The notes below the pieces were generated by a model that made no database searches, was not told the DNA's origin, and saw only the letters and a list, made by a program, of their open reading frames with translations. Shown piece by piece: positions 32,732 through 43,710 of a stretch of DNA of 64,000 bases. Numbering within the stretch: the first letter of the stretch is position 1; each line of letters begins with the position of its first letter. This stretch comes from Candidatus Spongiisociaceae bacterium (GTDB lineage: Bacteria; Actinomycetota; Acidimicrobiia; Spongiisociales; Spongiisociaceae). A program made the translations under genes and the position numbers. Where the stretch lies: contig OZ253564.1 in assembly GCA_965262915.1 (NCBI GenBank), forward strand, positions 32,001-96,000, read 5' to 3'.

Positions 32732-33826
32732 ATGGAAAACGAAGGGCAGATCATCACCGTCTCGGGCCCGATCGACCCGGCAGAGGCAGGGATCACTCTC
32801 ATGCACGAGCACATGCTCTTCGCCGGATTCTGGCTGTTCGACTACTCCGCCTGGGTCGATAGCGAGGGCCAGTCGGGGTTCGACGAGCGCTTCGACCTGG
32901 GGATGTACGGGCCGGTCACCCGGGAGAACGCCGTCTGGCTGCGCTATAACCCCTATGTCAACAGGGAGAACCTGGTCAACACGGACTGGCGGCTGTCGGC
33001 AACGGAGCTGCGCCGGTTCAAGCTGGCCGGCGGGGGAACCATCGTCGACGCGTCCCCCCGGGGGAGGCGAGACGTCTGGGCACTGCGCAAGATCTCGGAG
33101 GACGTCGGCATGCACGTCGTCGCCGGAACCGGCTACTACGTCGAGAAGGCCCACCCCTGGGACACGGATGAAAAGACCGTCGCCCAGCTCTCCGCCGAGT
33201 TCGTCCAAGACATCGCCCGCGGCGCAGACGGCACCTCCATCCGATGCGGGATCATGGGCGAGATCGGCACCTCGGACCCGGTCACGAAGAGCGAGTGGAA
33301 GGTGCTTGAAGCCTGCGCCGCTGCACACCAAGAGACCGGGGCCGCCATCCAGGTGCACTCCGCGCACGCGACGCGTTCCATGCCGCGGATCATCGAGTTC
33401 CTGACCCAGGCCGGGGTTCACCCGAGCCGCGTCATCGCCTGCCATCTCGATCTCGTGCACGATGACTGGGACTACACGATCGACGTGGCCGACTCTGGCG
33501 TCTTCATCGAATACGACGGCTTCGGGCACCTCCAGCCGCTGGAGGGAGTGCCGGCGCGAGACCGCGATCGGGTTGCTGCTCTGATGCGGCTCTTCGAGAG
33601 CGATCGTCATGGGCGGCTTCTCCTGAGCCACGACATCGGGCTTCGGTCGCGCTTCGCCGAATACGGCGGTCCGGGATGGTCCTACATCTTGACGGCAATT
33701 ATCCCGCGTCTCAGGGCCGAGGGAGTGCCGGTGAGCGTCCTGAGAAGAGTCCTCGAGGCGAACCCGCAGCGCGCCCTGGCCCTGTCGAAAGAGGTGGGGT
33801 CATCGACCCGGACGCGGGAGAGCTAG
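32732..33826 (+). CDS. phosphotriesterase-related amidohydrolase
   Basis: TLMHEH, GGGTIVD, IMGEIG, VH, CHLD and SHD motifs. Confidence 0.9.
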   Translation: MENEGQIITVSGPIDPAEAGITLMHEHMLFAGFWLFDYSAWVDSEGQSGFDERFDLGMYGPVTRENAVWLRYNPYVNRENLVNTDWRLSATELRRFKLAGGGTIVDASPRGRRDVWALRKISEDVGMHVVAGTGYYVEKAHPWDTDEKTVAQLSAEFVQDIARGADGTSIRCGIMGEIGTSDPVTKSEWKVLEACAAAHQETGAAIQVHSAHATRSMPRIIEFLTQAGVHPSRVIACHLDLVHDDWDYTIDVADSGVFIEYDGFGHLQPLEGVPARDRDRVAALMRLFESDRHGRLLLSHDIGLRSRFAEYGGPGWSYILTAIIPRLRAEGVPVSVLRRVLEANPQRALALSKEVGSSTRTRES

Positions 33827-33831
33827 CAGGA

Positions 33832-34884
33832 GTGGCACGCGTCCGGACCGTTCTCGGCGACATCTCACCCGACGAGCTGGGCGTCACGCTGAGCCACGAA
33901 CACCTCGTTGTCGACACCACCGACCTGTTTTGGACGCCGCCTGCCACCGATGATCCTGCAGAGTTCCACGCCCTCGTGGAGAAGCCGGTGCGGGCGGAGG
34001 ACTACGACCTGCTCGTCGCGCGGCCGTTCATCTCGAAGGACAACCTCGACATGACGGATTTGAGCGTGGCGATCAAAGAGCTCAAGCTCTATCGGGATGC
34101 CGGCGGGCGAAGCCTTGTCGATGTGAGCGGCGGCATATCGGGCTGGCATCCGGACTCGCTCGTCACCGCCAGCAAGGCGACCGGGGTCAACATCGTGGCC
34201 TCGACAGGCTGGTACATCTCCCCTTCGCATCCCGCCGAGCTCGCAAATGCCTCCGTCGACGAGATGGCGGCCATGATGACCAGCGACATCGAGGTCGGGA
34301 TCACCGGGACCGATGTCCGTGCGGGTGTGATCGGCGAGCTCGGGATGAGCGATCCTCTCCATCCAGTCGAGGAGAAGGTGCTGCGGGCGGGGGCTCGCGC
34401 CCAGCGCCGCACGGGTGTACCGATCACCGTGCATGCTGCGGTCTACAAGAAGGAAGCGCATCGGTACATCGACATACTCGAGGAAGAGGAGGCGGACCTC
34501 GCCTCGGTCTACATCAGCCACATGGACGGAAGTTGTCCCGACTTCGCGTACCACGAGTCCGTCATGGACCGCGGGGTGTCGATCGACTACGACCTGTTTC
34601 GCGGAGCTCCCTGGAACGACTCGCACGTGCTGTTTGGAGGCGACCATTGGATCTCCGACGAGGAGCGCTGTGAAACGCTGGCGCAGCTGTGTGCCGACGG
34701 CTACGGCGACCAGATCATGCTGGCCCAGGATGCCTGTCTCAAGATCCGCTGGACCGAGTACGGCGGAAAGGGCTATGCCTACATTCTCCGGGAGATCGTC
34801 CCCAAGCTCCGTGCACTGGGAGTGACGGAGCAGCAGGTGACCGCCATGCTGGTCGACACGCCGAAGCGCATCTTCGCGGTATAG
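33832..34884 (+). CDS. phosphotriesterase-related amidohydrolase
   Basis: RTVLGDI, TLSHEH, VIGELG, VH, SHMD and AQD motifs. Confidence 0.9.
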   Translation: MARVRTVLGDISPDELGVTLSHEHLVVDTTDLFWTPPATDDPAEFHALVEKPVRAEDYDLLVARPFISKDNLDMTDLSVAIKELKLYRDAGGRSLVDVSGGISGWHPDSLVTASKATGVNIVASTGWYISPSHPAELANASVDEMAAMMTSDIEVGITGTDVRAGVIGELGMSDPLHPVEEKVLRAGARAQRRTGVPITVHAAVYKKEAHRYIDILEEEEADLASVYISHMDGSCPDFAYHESVMDRGVSIDYDLFRGAPWNDSHVLFGGDHWISDEERCETLAQLCADGYGDQIMLAQDACLKIRWTEYGGKGYAYILREIVPKLRALGVTEQQVTAMLVDTPKRIFAV

Positions 34885-34921
34885 CGCCAGGATCCCGCGT
34901 GGCCAAGATCCCGAGCAGGCA

Positions 34922-35755
34922 TCAGATCCGGATTATGCGCGGATCTCCGCCGACGAACACTTTGCCCTTGAAGCCCCGCCGGACCTCACGGGCCATGCGT
35001 CTCACCGCCCTCCGGCCGGTGGCATCACCGTTCCCGCCGAAGTGCACGATTGCCACCATCCGCACGCCCGCCTCCGAGGCGATCCGCCCTACCTCCGTCG
35101 ATGACGTGTGGAATTCCTGGAGACCCTTTTCCCGGATGATCTCCTCCGTGGCCGTGCACTCGTGAATGAGCAGGTCGGCTCCCTGCGCCAGCCGTATCAG
35201 CTCGTCCGACGGCGCCGTGTCTCCCGAATAGGCCACTGACCCTTGTTCGGTGTCCAACCGGTATGCCCAGGCGTCGAGAAAGCGGGAGTGGGGAACGGCG
35301 GCCGCCGTGACCTTCCAGCTCCCTCCCTCGTGGACGACCCCGGGGGCTTCCACGTCGCCGGCCAGCACCTCGATTCCCCCCGGATCCATGCCGACCGAGC
35401 CGTCGGTGCGAGAGGCGATGTCACCGGCATAGAAGCCTTCCGGGCCGACGAGGGACCCGATGAGCGCGGCCGTGCCTTTCGGTCCGTAGACGGGGACCGG
35501 TTCGGTACGCCCGGTGAGCCACGAACCGAACAGAAACTCGACCAGGCTCATGTTGTGGTCGAAATGGCTGTGCGAGATGAAGAGCGCCGATACCTCCGCC
35601 GGGGGGATTCCGACGCGAAAGAGACGGCTAACCGCCTTTCGGCCGCAGTCGAACATGACGTTGGTGTCCCCGAAGGACACGACATGGGCCGGGCCGCCTC
35701 GGGTGCGGTGCCACCACCCCGAGCCCAGAATCGCTACTCGCATGTTCGATGCCAC
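34922..35755 (-). CDS. MBL-fold hydrolase, RNase Z/ElaC/AtsA-like
   Basis: ILGSG, FDCG, SHSHFDH, YSGDT and LIHECT motifs. Confidence 0.88.
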   Translation of the reverse strand: MASNMRVAILGSGWWHRTRGGPAHVVSFGDTNVMFDCGRKAVSRLFRVGIPPAEVSALFISHSHFDHNMSLVEFLFGSWLTGRTEPVPVYGPKGTAALIGSLVGPEGFYAGDIASRTDGSVGMDPGGIEVLAGDVEAPGVVHEGGSWKVTAAAVPHSRFLDAWAYRLDTEQGSVAYSGDTAPSDELIRLAQGADLLIHECTATEEIIREKGLQEFHTSSTEVGRIASEAGVRMVAIVHFGGNGDATGRRAVRRMAREVRRGFKGKVFVGGDPRIIRI

Positions 35756-35771
35756 AGCTCGGCTCCCAGGT

Positions 35772-36071
35772 TCAGCCCGGAGGGTTTCTAACCGGCGACA
35801 CCCTTTGGGAGATCATACCCCACACGATGTCGCGACGACGCCTCTCCCGGCGAGTGATGCATCGACACGTTGTCGACCCTGCGCGAAAACGTGGGTTGGG
35901 TGGGGTGAAATCCTTGGAGTGGCGGGTGAGGCCTCGGGGACGGCCCAGCCAGAACACAAACATGCCCAAGAACCCTACGGCCAGGCCCATGGTCCACCAG
36001 GTAGCGGAGATCAGGTCGATCTGCCAGGCGACCAGCAGAAGAACCACCCCGCTTAGGACAGCCTTCCTCAT
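35772..36071 (-). CDS. small hypothetical membrane protein (2 TM)
   Basis: Two hydrophobic segments; tail may be frameshifted. Confidence 0.4.
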   Translation of the reverse strand: MRKAVLSGVVLLLVAWQIDLISATWWTMGLAVGFLGMFVFWLGRPRGLTRHSKDFTPPNPRFRAGSTTCRCITRRERRRRDIVWGMISQRVSPVRNPPG

Positions 36072-36259
36072 GTCATCCCCCGGCCACAGACGCGGTCGGG
36101 CCCTCTCACATAGCCATACCCAAAGCTGGCGCGCCCGCGGGCGGCGATCACCCACCTCCGTCGTAGCCGCCAGCGAAGCTGGGAACGGCCATACACGCTC
36201 CTTTCCAATAAGTGGTCGTTTGGATTATGTCTTAGCCGACGGGTGTGACATGCCCTCTT

Positions 36260-36846
36260 GGGGTTAACGGAATATGTGGACGAAATGTAACGGTTTCGAG
36301 TCGTCCTACAGCATGGGGGTCTCCTTCGCGGTGATCGGGTGGGGGCGTCCCGTCGGATGCGGACTACGGGGAGGTGCTGTGGCGTGGGGAGTAGAGGGGT
36401 CAGAGTCTTGGTGGAGGGAACGACCGCGGCGGTTGTGATGGCGATCCGGAGGGTTTGAAGGCTCAGTGCTCCGAATGGTTCCAACGCGTACCCACGCGAG
36501 GTCGCAACGTCAGTCGAACAAGAGATAGCAGAGATCAAAGACGCCGCCGTCCGCCGGCGAACCAAGGACAACTCCGCCGCCGACACACCGACGGCCAAGA
36601 CATCCAAGGTGAAACTCTCACCCTGCTCACCGGACGCCATCATCGCCTGGAGCATCACCCACATCGAACCCGCAACCCAACACCTCACAGCCGCAAGGAC
36701 CCACATCCCCACCCGCCATGCACGAACACATCAACCTCTACGGACGATACGACTTCACCAACCCCGCGCCACCACCCACCGGCCAACTCCGACCCCTACG
36801 AACACCCTGAAACCGTTACATTTCGTCCAAATATTCCAGAGACCCC
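36260..36846 (+). mobile_element. Tn3-family internally deleted (non-autonomous) element, 587 bp, with transposase C-terminal relic
   Basis: IRs GGGGTTAACGGAATATGTGGACGAAATGTAACGGTTTC / GGGGTCTCTGGAATATTTGGACGAAATGTAACGGTTTC; relic peptides LTLLT..AIIAW and HEHINLYGRYDF; no 5-bp TSD. Confidence 0.8.
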
Positions 36847-37888
36847 AACTCCTCGAGTACGAGGTCGGAGCCAAGGTCCTCGACCACCGTCCCCAGGGTG
36901 TGGACGTAGCTGCGTCGCCCGTTGGCGGACAGCCGTTTGGCCGCTAGCCCCAATTCTTCAGGCATGAACGGCTACGTCCTCGAAGGTGGTGGCACAGGGA
37001 CCTCTGACCTGGGATTATTGAGGGCTGGCGAGCTCCGGTGTCCCGTACAGGCGTTTCACCCGCAGGGTGAGCGGCGACTGAGCGCACTTGTCGACTTCAC
37101 CCGGCCGGTAGTGGAACATCGGCCCGTGTGTCTGAAGAATCAGGGCTAGGAACTGCTCGACGGCTCGGCCGCGGGAGGGGACACGGTGTGGGAGGGCCAG
37201 GACTTCGGCCACCGTGTCAGCCTTTACCAGAGATATCCGACAGAGTTCACGGAACTGCAGGCTACCCGAACCGCCTGCGTATCCGGGGTTTCTCCTTCGA
37301 GCTACCAGAGATACTCCGCCAATATCTCCACTCGGATGGCGGGCCGTAAACAGTAGTGGCCCCGGGGACGGTCGGATGCGTACCGCCGCCAACCCGTCTA
37401 GCTCCGACCCCGCAGGTATGTGCCCGATACCTGCACTAACGGATTGGGTCACAGGGAGTAGGCTACCGCTTTGCCGGCGTGTCCGCTCATACCCGCCCGT
37501 TCGTGTCGGTATGGTGGCCCAGGTAGGCCCTCAAACCAAGTGTCAATAACCTCCATAGGAAGTACACCTAGCCTCCGAATCGTCGCGCTGGAGGGGGTGG
37601 GTAATGGTTGATGATCGATGCGGCCCCTGAGTTCTGGGTTCTTGGCTCCAGGAGCCCGATTGGGTACGTGGTGGGTACCCGTTGATGATGATCTCAACGA
37701 TGACGGCGACTTTGATACGTTGCCGCAGCGGAGGGAACCGGGTGTTCTGTTGCCCAAGGCCGACGATGGGTGGGCGCTGCTGCTGGCACGGCAGTTGCCC
37801 GCTGAGGGTGTCTCGGCCCGCGAGTCGGTGTCGTCAGGCCGTCGGGAATGCGACCTCATGTGGGGGGATGTGCTTGGTTCGGCTATTA

Positions 37889-38032
37889 GAGGATGCGCGG
37901 ATAGCTCCTTGCCTGGGGGAACAGTGGCTGCGCGGGTTGACGAATCCGCGGCGATGACCAGGGCTTTTCCGAACGGGAAGCGGGTTGAGTTTACCCGTGG
38001 GGGCGGCCGCTTCTAGCTATCCGCGCACGCTC
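37889..38032. mobile_element. 144-bp MITE
   Basis: TIR GAGGATGCGCGGATAGCT ... AGCTATCCGCGCACGCTC; flanks TTA/TAA. Confidence 0.75.
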
Positions 38033-38036
38033 TAAG

Positions 38037-39778
38037 CCTGAATCCACCGATTGATGCGTGGGGTGGGGTGGTTGGCCGGGTGTGCCGGTGCGGTTGAGGG
38101 TTGTTTTGGGGGTTGGTTGGCGGCTGGTGGGGGTTGGGGGGTGTTGTCGGGTTCGGGGTTGATGGTCGGGGGTATTTTGGGGGTGTGTCGGGACGTGTCG
38201 GGGTGCGGTTCCGGAGCGGTTGGTTCAGAGGTGGGTTTGTGTGGTTGTGGGGGTGGCGGTCAGGCGAGTTGGGGTAGGTTGCGGAGGTTGGCGAGGGCGG
38301 TGTGGTAGGTGTGGGCCCAGGGCCATTGGGCGGGTAGGCGCAGGATGTGTCGTCCGCTGTGGTTGACCAGCCGTGCGGGTATGCCGAATAGCCGGTTGCG
38401 GATGGTGGTTCCGGCGGTGAGTTTGTTGGGTGGTTGGATTCGGCCGAGGTGCGCGATCCACCGGTAGAGGTTATGGGCGAGGGTGGTGATAGCGAGCCAG
38501 GCGGCGTTGGCCCAGAACCGCCCTGATGGTAGGTGGGCGAGACCGGCCGCTCCTTTGAGGTCTCGGATGGCGAGTTCGATCGTGGCGTGCCGGCGGTGGT
38601 GTCGGTCGGCTTCGACAAGGCGTTTACGGTCGGTGTCGGTGTGTTGGTGGGGGTGGTGTCGGTCGGCTTCGGTGGTGGGGTGGTCGGTGTCGGTCACGAA
38701 GGGGTGGTAGCGCCAGTCGGTCCATAGCTGTAGCTGGGCTTGGTCCTGGTCTGTTAGGCGGGTGCGGCGCACGACGAGACGGAGTTTTATCTGCTGTTTG
38801 CGCTTGGTGCGATGCGTTACCCAAATGGTGGTCTCCGCGACTTGGGCTTCGCCACCGCGGCGATAATCGATAGAGGTCCAAGCCTTCTCCGCGATGCCGC
38901 CTATCGCGGCCCGCACGTTGGAGTACAGGGGCACGGTGATCGAGTAGTCCACGCCCAGGTCGTTCAACGTCGCCACCATGTTGTAGGAATAGAACCCCGA
39001 ATCGGCTCGTAGGGTGATCGGCCCCGACGCCCCGGCCCGGCGGACACGGCCCACAGCCTCGGCCACGAAACCAACGTTGCCCCGCTGGGAACCGCCCTCG
39101 CGCAGGCGGGCCGCAATTATCTCGCCGGTCTCGGCCCGTGTCGCCAACAGCGGGTGGTAGCTCAACACCCCGTCGTGCCCAAACCCGGCGCCTTCTTTGG
39201 CCTTGCCGCACACCCCACACACCGTCGAGTCCACATCTATGGTCACCCCACCGTCGCCCGGGCCTGCCCCCGCCGCCCACACCCGCCGCAGCGTCTCCTC
39301 CAACGCAGCATCGACAAGGCCCATGTCGTCGCGGCACAACGAACGCAGAAACGTTCCCAACGTGGAAGGGGCCATCACCCGATACGGCAACACCCCGGCC
39401 GTGGCTCCGGCCCGCAGCCGATCCGCGTGATCAATATGGGTGCCACCCACCAGCATCGCAGCTACCAACGACAGCACCTTACGACCCGGGTTCGCTCCAC
39501 CCACCCGGTCGCCCACCCCCAGCATCTCGTCCCACAACTCTTCCAAACCCAGCCGGTCCATCAACGTCCCCGCCGCTAACAACCCCCCATCAGCCACCAG
39601 CGACTCGTCGTCGAACACCACCTCAAGCCGGTCAATCCTCCGTGATACCCTACTCATAGGAAGTGCCTCCCCGATCCAGGCCAAAACCATTGCTTTCTTA
39701 CGGCTATTGTCCCAGATCAGAGGCACTTTCTACGCCAATCCACCAACCACCAACCCCAACCCCATCGGTGGATTCAGG
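38037..39778 (-). mobile_element. IS1380-family element with 5-bp TSD CTAAG
   Basis: Perfect IR CCTGAATCCACCGAT; CTAAG at 38032-38036 and 39779-39783. Confidence 0.93.
38260..39657 (-). CDS. IS1380 transposase (DDE_Tnp_1_4)
   Basis: APSTLGTFLRS, IDVDST, YHPL, RADSGF, HATIELAIRDLK and ANAAWL motifs. Confidence 0.92.
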   Translation of the reverse strand: MSRVSRRIDRLEVVFDDESLVADGGLLAAGTLMDRLGLEELWDEMLGVGDRVGGANPGRKVLSLVAAMLVGGTHIDHADRLRAGATAGVLPYRVMAPSTLGTFLRSLCRDDMGLVDAALEETLRRVWAAGAGPGDGGVTIDVDSTVCGVCGKAKEGAGFGHDGVLSYHPLLATRAETGEIIAARLREGGSQRGNVGFVAEAVGRVRRAGASGPITLRADSGFYSYNMVATLNDLGVDYSITVPLYSNVRAAIGGIAEKAWTSIDYRRGGEAQVAETTIWVTHRTKRKQQIKLRLVVRRTRLTDQDQAQLQLWTDWRYHPFVTDTDHPTTEADRHHPHQHTDTDRKRLVEADRHHRRHATIELAIRDLKGAAGLAHLPSGRFWANAAWLAITTLAHNLYRWIAHLGRIQPPNKLTAGTTIRNRLFGIPARLVNHSGRHILRLPAQWPWAHTYHTALANLRNLPQLA

Positions 39779-41364
39779 CTAAGCCTGTTCGACGGCAGGA
39801 TGGGCCCTAGTAGCACCAACTTTGGTTCCTTCTCACATTCGGTGTGGCGGGGCGAGTGGTACGTCGAGTCGCCCACGACTTGGGTCGAGACGTCTAGCAA
39901 AGTTCGGCGAGTCGATATCGAGTTTGTTGCTGGATCGGCGTGGAGCGAGCGTCCGCCGGGTGAAGGACTCGACATCGACTTGCAGCGCCAGTGGGACGAG
40001 ACGGTCGCAACTTTCACACGTCCCGAGCCGATCGTCTACGAAGCAGTGGTAGGAGACGCCACTGTACAGCTGCGTCGAGAGACGGAGTTCAAAATGCCGA
40101 GTGACGAGCTATTCCTGCGGCTGGCGACGGTTCTGTCGGTCGAGGATGACGTAGAACTTGGCGATGTGCGCGACAAATGGGTGGTGCCGCTGCACGACTT
40201 GGTCAGTTTCTTTTGGTTGAAGAATCCGGGAGTGGTGTGGATTCGCGTGCAGTTGGCCGAGAGCGGGCGGACTGCGGATGTGCATTACGCAGGAGTGCTC
40301 GCCCGCGTCGATGAGGACTACAAGCCTCCGATGTCTGACAGGCTCGCACAATTAGCGACCGTACAGGGCATCTTGGCGCATGGGTACAGCTTCGAGGACC
40401 TGATCTGTGGGTATTGGCAATGGCGGGAGCGAGGCTACGGACGAGCACTCGACCTCCTCATTGAATCGCAGGACCCCCAGTTGGACCAAAGCATCGACGC
40501 CCGGCTACTGAACGCCGTCAAGTCACTCGAATCGTACGTGCGCACACAGACCGGCCAGTCGGGCCGAGTAAACCTAAGAGGTGCATCGAAGCAGTTTCTC
40601 GACGGTGCAGGACAGATCGGCGACGATATCCGAGGCATATGGCGAGAACGCGGTCGGCAGTATTTCGAGAACTCAATCGCGCGACTGCGCGACAACTACG
40701 CAGCGCACGAGCAGAGCGGCACCACCGACACATCACGCAGCCGGGATGAACTTTTGGACCAGTACTGGCATCTTGTCGCACTGCAATGGCTGCTTCGTCG
40801 CACATACCTCCAAGCAATGGGCATCGCCATCAAGGCCGCTAGCGATCTGGTTACCGACTCGCTGGGCTACAAAAAGGATTGCCGTGAGATGCGCGATCAC
40901 TACCGGATCTCAGCGACGCCAACCAAATGACCCGCACCGGGGGGGACGAGCCGCCGCCACCCAGGGTATCCAAAACGGCTATGTCGGGGACAAACCCCCA
41001 CAGCCGAGCGGTACCTGCCGGTCATGTGCCGCCGACAGGAGCGTCTCAGGCGGTAAGCGTGACGGGTTGGGCGGCGGTCAGGCCCGCGCGGGTTTCGCTG
41101 CCCGGGCGGGTAACCCCCCAGTCGGGTGGATCACCCGAATCGGAGGCCGCTAGAAGCCGACTTAAGGGCCGTCGAGCTGGTCGGCGCTGAACATTGGCAC
41201 CATCCCGATGATCAGGTGCGGTTCGGGCTTCGGATTGTCCGCCCGCCCCGCGGACGGGTCTCCCGTCGGGTTGCGGATAGGGGCGTGGATCTCTGCGGTG
41301 ACGGGGATTCCGTGACCGGATAGGTTTCTTGCGGCATGAACATCGGAAGTGCGCGGCGGGCGGC

Positions 41365-41600
41365 TCAACCCTGGCGCACCACTCGTAGCAGCTCCATCTG
41401 CCGGTCGATAACGGCTTCGACAACCGACCTCTCGACCTCGTACCAGTCAAGGAATTCATCCAGCAGCACGCCTTCGTTGAGGTTGTAGAACAGGTCAGCT
41501 ATCGGCAGTCGGGTCCCAGCGAACACCCACTCCCCCGAGCCGGGCCGTGTGTCGCTCAGCCGCGGCGGACATCTCCCAGATCGACTCCCGCTCCAACTCA
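41365..41600 (-). pseudogene. DUF433 (VapB45-like antitoxin) domain, start unclear, no cognate toxin
   Basis: SGEWVFAGTRLPIADLFYNLNEGVLLDEFLDWY. Confidence 0.65.
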
Positions 41601-41922
41601 GTTGCTCCGGGCGTGTGGGGCCGAACCTAGCCACCGGTGCTCGCGCAGCCACGGCTCCCACACATGGCGGACATGTGAAGGGAAGCTGAAGGTACCCCGT
41701 CGACCGCCAGCACCGTCGGGCTCGAGTCAACCGCCTCGCACCTCTCCCAACCTTAGGAGCCGCGGCGGGCAGCCACCCACGCCGACATCGGTGATGCTGG
41801 TTAGTAGCGACGCCGTAAGTAGCTCTATCGGTGAAGTAGAACTATCCCTATGTTGTACTTCCATACCTGAAGGGGTACCGAGCCGACCTTAGGGGAGAGC
41901 CCGGTACCCTTACCCCCTAACC

Positions 41923-42195
41923 ATGGGACTGAGTACCGACCGGCTGCCGGCGAGAGTTCTGCTCTGGGCAGCGTTTGTCGTGATGGTCGCACTCCTCGGG
42001 TCCGCTTGCAGGAATGAGGGGCCTGCAGACGACCTCGACTACCTGGTGTGGGAGGTGTGCCGGCAGGTCAGGGCCGAGGGCGTGACGGCAGCGGAGGTGA
42101 GCGGCATCCTCCACGATGCCTCCCGGCACGGAGCGGTCATGGAACGAATCGAAGCGGAGTGCGGCGAGGAGATCGCTTCGGTATTCCGCCAGTGA
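41923..42195 (+). CDS. small hypothetical lipoprotein
   Basis: Signal peptide with lipobox LLGSA-C and two further Cys residues. Confidence 0.65.
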   Translation: MGLSTDRLPARVLLWAAFVVMVALLGSACRNEGPADDLDYLVWEVCRQVRAEGVTAAEVSGILHDASRHGAVMERIEAECGEEIASVFRQ

Positions 42196-42268
42196 CTAAT
42201 GGCCGGTCATAGCTGGTTATCGTAGATAGTATATGACAGTAGGCTCACTGGTAACCAGCAGCCGGCAA

Positions 42269-43030
42269 CTACAGGCGTTCGCGTAGCCAGGCGAGGTCGG
42301 CGCGGTGTTGCTCGGCGTCCCCCGGCGTTTCGATGAGCGCCGGTGCTCCGGCCGCCCGCACGACCTCCACCAGGAGATCTCCCGGTATGTGCCCCTGGCC
42401 GAGGTTGGCGTGGCGGTCGCGCCGGGAGTCGAACCCGTCACGTGAATCGTTGAGGTGTACCAGGTCGATCCGGCCCGTCGCCTTGAGCACCCGTTCGACC
42501 AGGCCGTCCATCGATTCGCCACCCGCCCAGGCGTGGCAGGTGTCGAGGCAGAACCCCGGATCCAGATCACCGATCACATCCCACAGGCGGGCCAGATGAT
42601 CCAGACGCCGGGCCTGGGCGTTGTTGCCCGATGCGGTGTTCTCGATCAGGATCGGGATGTCGGTCTCCAGCGTCTCCAGCGCCTTGCGCCACCGGGGGAA
42701 CCCGTCCTCGACCGCTTCGTCCTTGGTCACGTGTCCCCCGTGGACGATGATGCCGGCCGCTCCTATCTGTTCGGCGCCCTCCACCGTGTTGGCAAGGATC
42801 TTGCGGCTGGGGATACGAATGCGGTTGTTCCGGTTGACGACGTTGACCAGGTAGGGGGCATGAATGTAGATCCCGATGGGCGAGTTGCGCAGTTCTTCTG
42901 CGTCCCTTCGCGGTAAGGGCTTCTTCCACGACCGGGGATTTCCTAGGAAGAACTGGACCACTCCGGCGCCCCTCGCCTCGGCTTCGGCGAGGGGGTCGGC
43001 GGCGGGGACGTGGGCGCCCAGGGTGATCAA
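42269..43030 (-). CDS. nfo: endonuclease IV
   Basis: [38 protein letters not shown] and IETP motifs; TTGA coupling. Confidence 0.93.
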   Translation of the reverse strand: MITLGAHVPAADPLAEAEARGAGVVQFFLGNPRSWKKPLPRRDAEELRNSPIGIYIHAPYLVNVVNRNNRIRIPSRKILANTVEGAEQIGAAGIIVHGGHVTKDEAVEDGFPRWRKALETLETDIPILIENTASGNNAQARRLDHLARLWDVIGDLDPGFCLDTCHAWAGGESMDGLVERVLKATGRIDLVHLNDSRDGFDSRRDRHANLGQGHIPGDLLVEVVRAAGAPALIETPGDAEQHRADLAWLRERL

Positions 43031-43710
43031 TCCGACCCGCCTTCCACGACCCCGGCCGGAGTCACTGGTCCGGCTTCGGTCTCGGGAACCTCGGGTGGCG
43101 CCGGCGTCATGTCGGTCTCCACCAGCCCCTCCCGGGCTGCCGGGTCCTCGGATGGGGATACGGACCGTGACGCCTGAAGCTCCACCAGGAGTACGGCTAC
43201 CTCTCCAGAATCGACTGCCCACTCCTCGGCCGAGATGGAGAGCACCCCGTCCTCGACCCATCTGGCGCCCCAGGGGCTGGAACCGACCAGGCTCGGGTCG
43301 GCTACCTCGATGTCCAGCGCCGGGAAGGTCCCGTAGTCGCCCGAGGCCACACTCGCGGACACCTCGCCCACGTCATCCCACGGGATCAGGGCCGGACGCG
43401 TGAAAGGGCCGCCCAGTGACAGGAGAATACCTTCGGCGCCGGCCCGCACGACGGGCCGCCGTCCCGCCAGCCGTCCGGCCGTCCACACGATCAGGAGCAC
43501 GCCGATGATGAGGAAGGCCCATGCCCACGCATGGTCGCGGCTCTCGAGCACGGGTGGCTCCTTGCCCGGGTAGATGAGCTCCAGGATGCGCCGGGTGGGC
43601 AGCCACCCGAAGAGGACACCACCGGCATGGAGGACCATGACAGCTCCCACCGGGGCCAGGTACCACTGCCCGGGAAACACCCTGCGGACCGTGACGGGGT
43701 ATTCGCTCAA
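43027..43710 (-). CDS. hypothetical membrane protein
   Basis: Two TM segments, IPWDDV motif; translationally coupled within the operon. Confidence 0.75.
   Translation of the reverse strand: MSEYPVTVRRVFPGQWYLAPVGAVMVLHAGGVLFGWLPTRRILELIYPGKEPPVLESRDHAWAWAFLIIGVLLIVWTAGRLAGRRPVVRAGAEGILLSLGGPFTRPALIPWDDVGEVSASVASGDYGTFPALDIEVADPSLVGSSPWGARWVEDGVLSISAEEWAVDSGEVAVLLVELQASRSVSPSEDPAAREGLVETDMTPAPPEVPETEAGPVTPAGVVEGGSD

Larger units (their letters stand above)
37618..40930 (+). pseudogene. ApeA-like HEPN-domain protein (putative defence RNase) split by a MITE and IS1380
   Basis: Joining 37618-37888 to 39783-40930 restores one frame of about 472 aa (GTWWVP..WGDVLGSAI|SLFDG..KSLESY..RLRDNYAAH, Rx5H). 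Confidence 0.65.

Noticed and set aside
36847-36965. Possible tyrosine-integrase N-terminal relic (MPEELGLAAKRLSANGRRSY)
   Set aside because: Too short and no catalytic residues, so it cannot be supported
38055-38258. G/T-skewed tract as a separate repeat or G-quadruplex element
   Set aside because: It lies inside the IS1380 3' non-coding end and has no discrete period
39440-40930. 496-aa ORF as a single intact gene
   Set aside because: Its first ~113 codons are antisense IS1380 sequence; the true 5' end is at 37618
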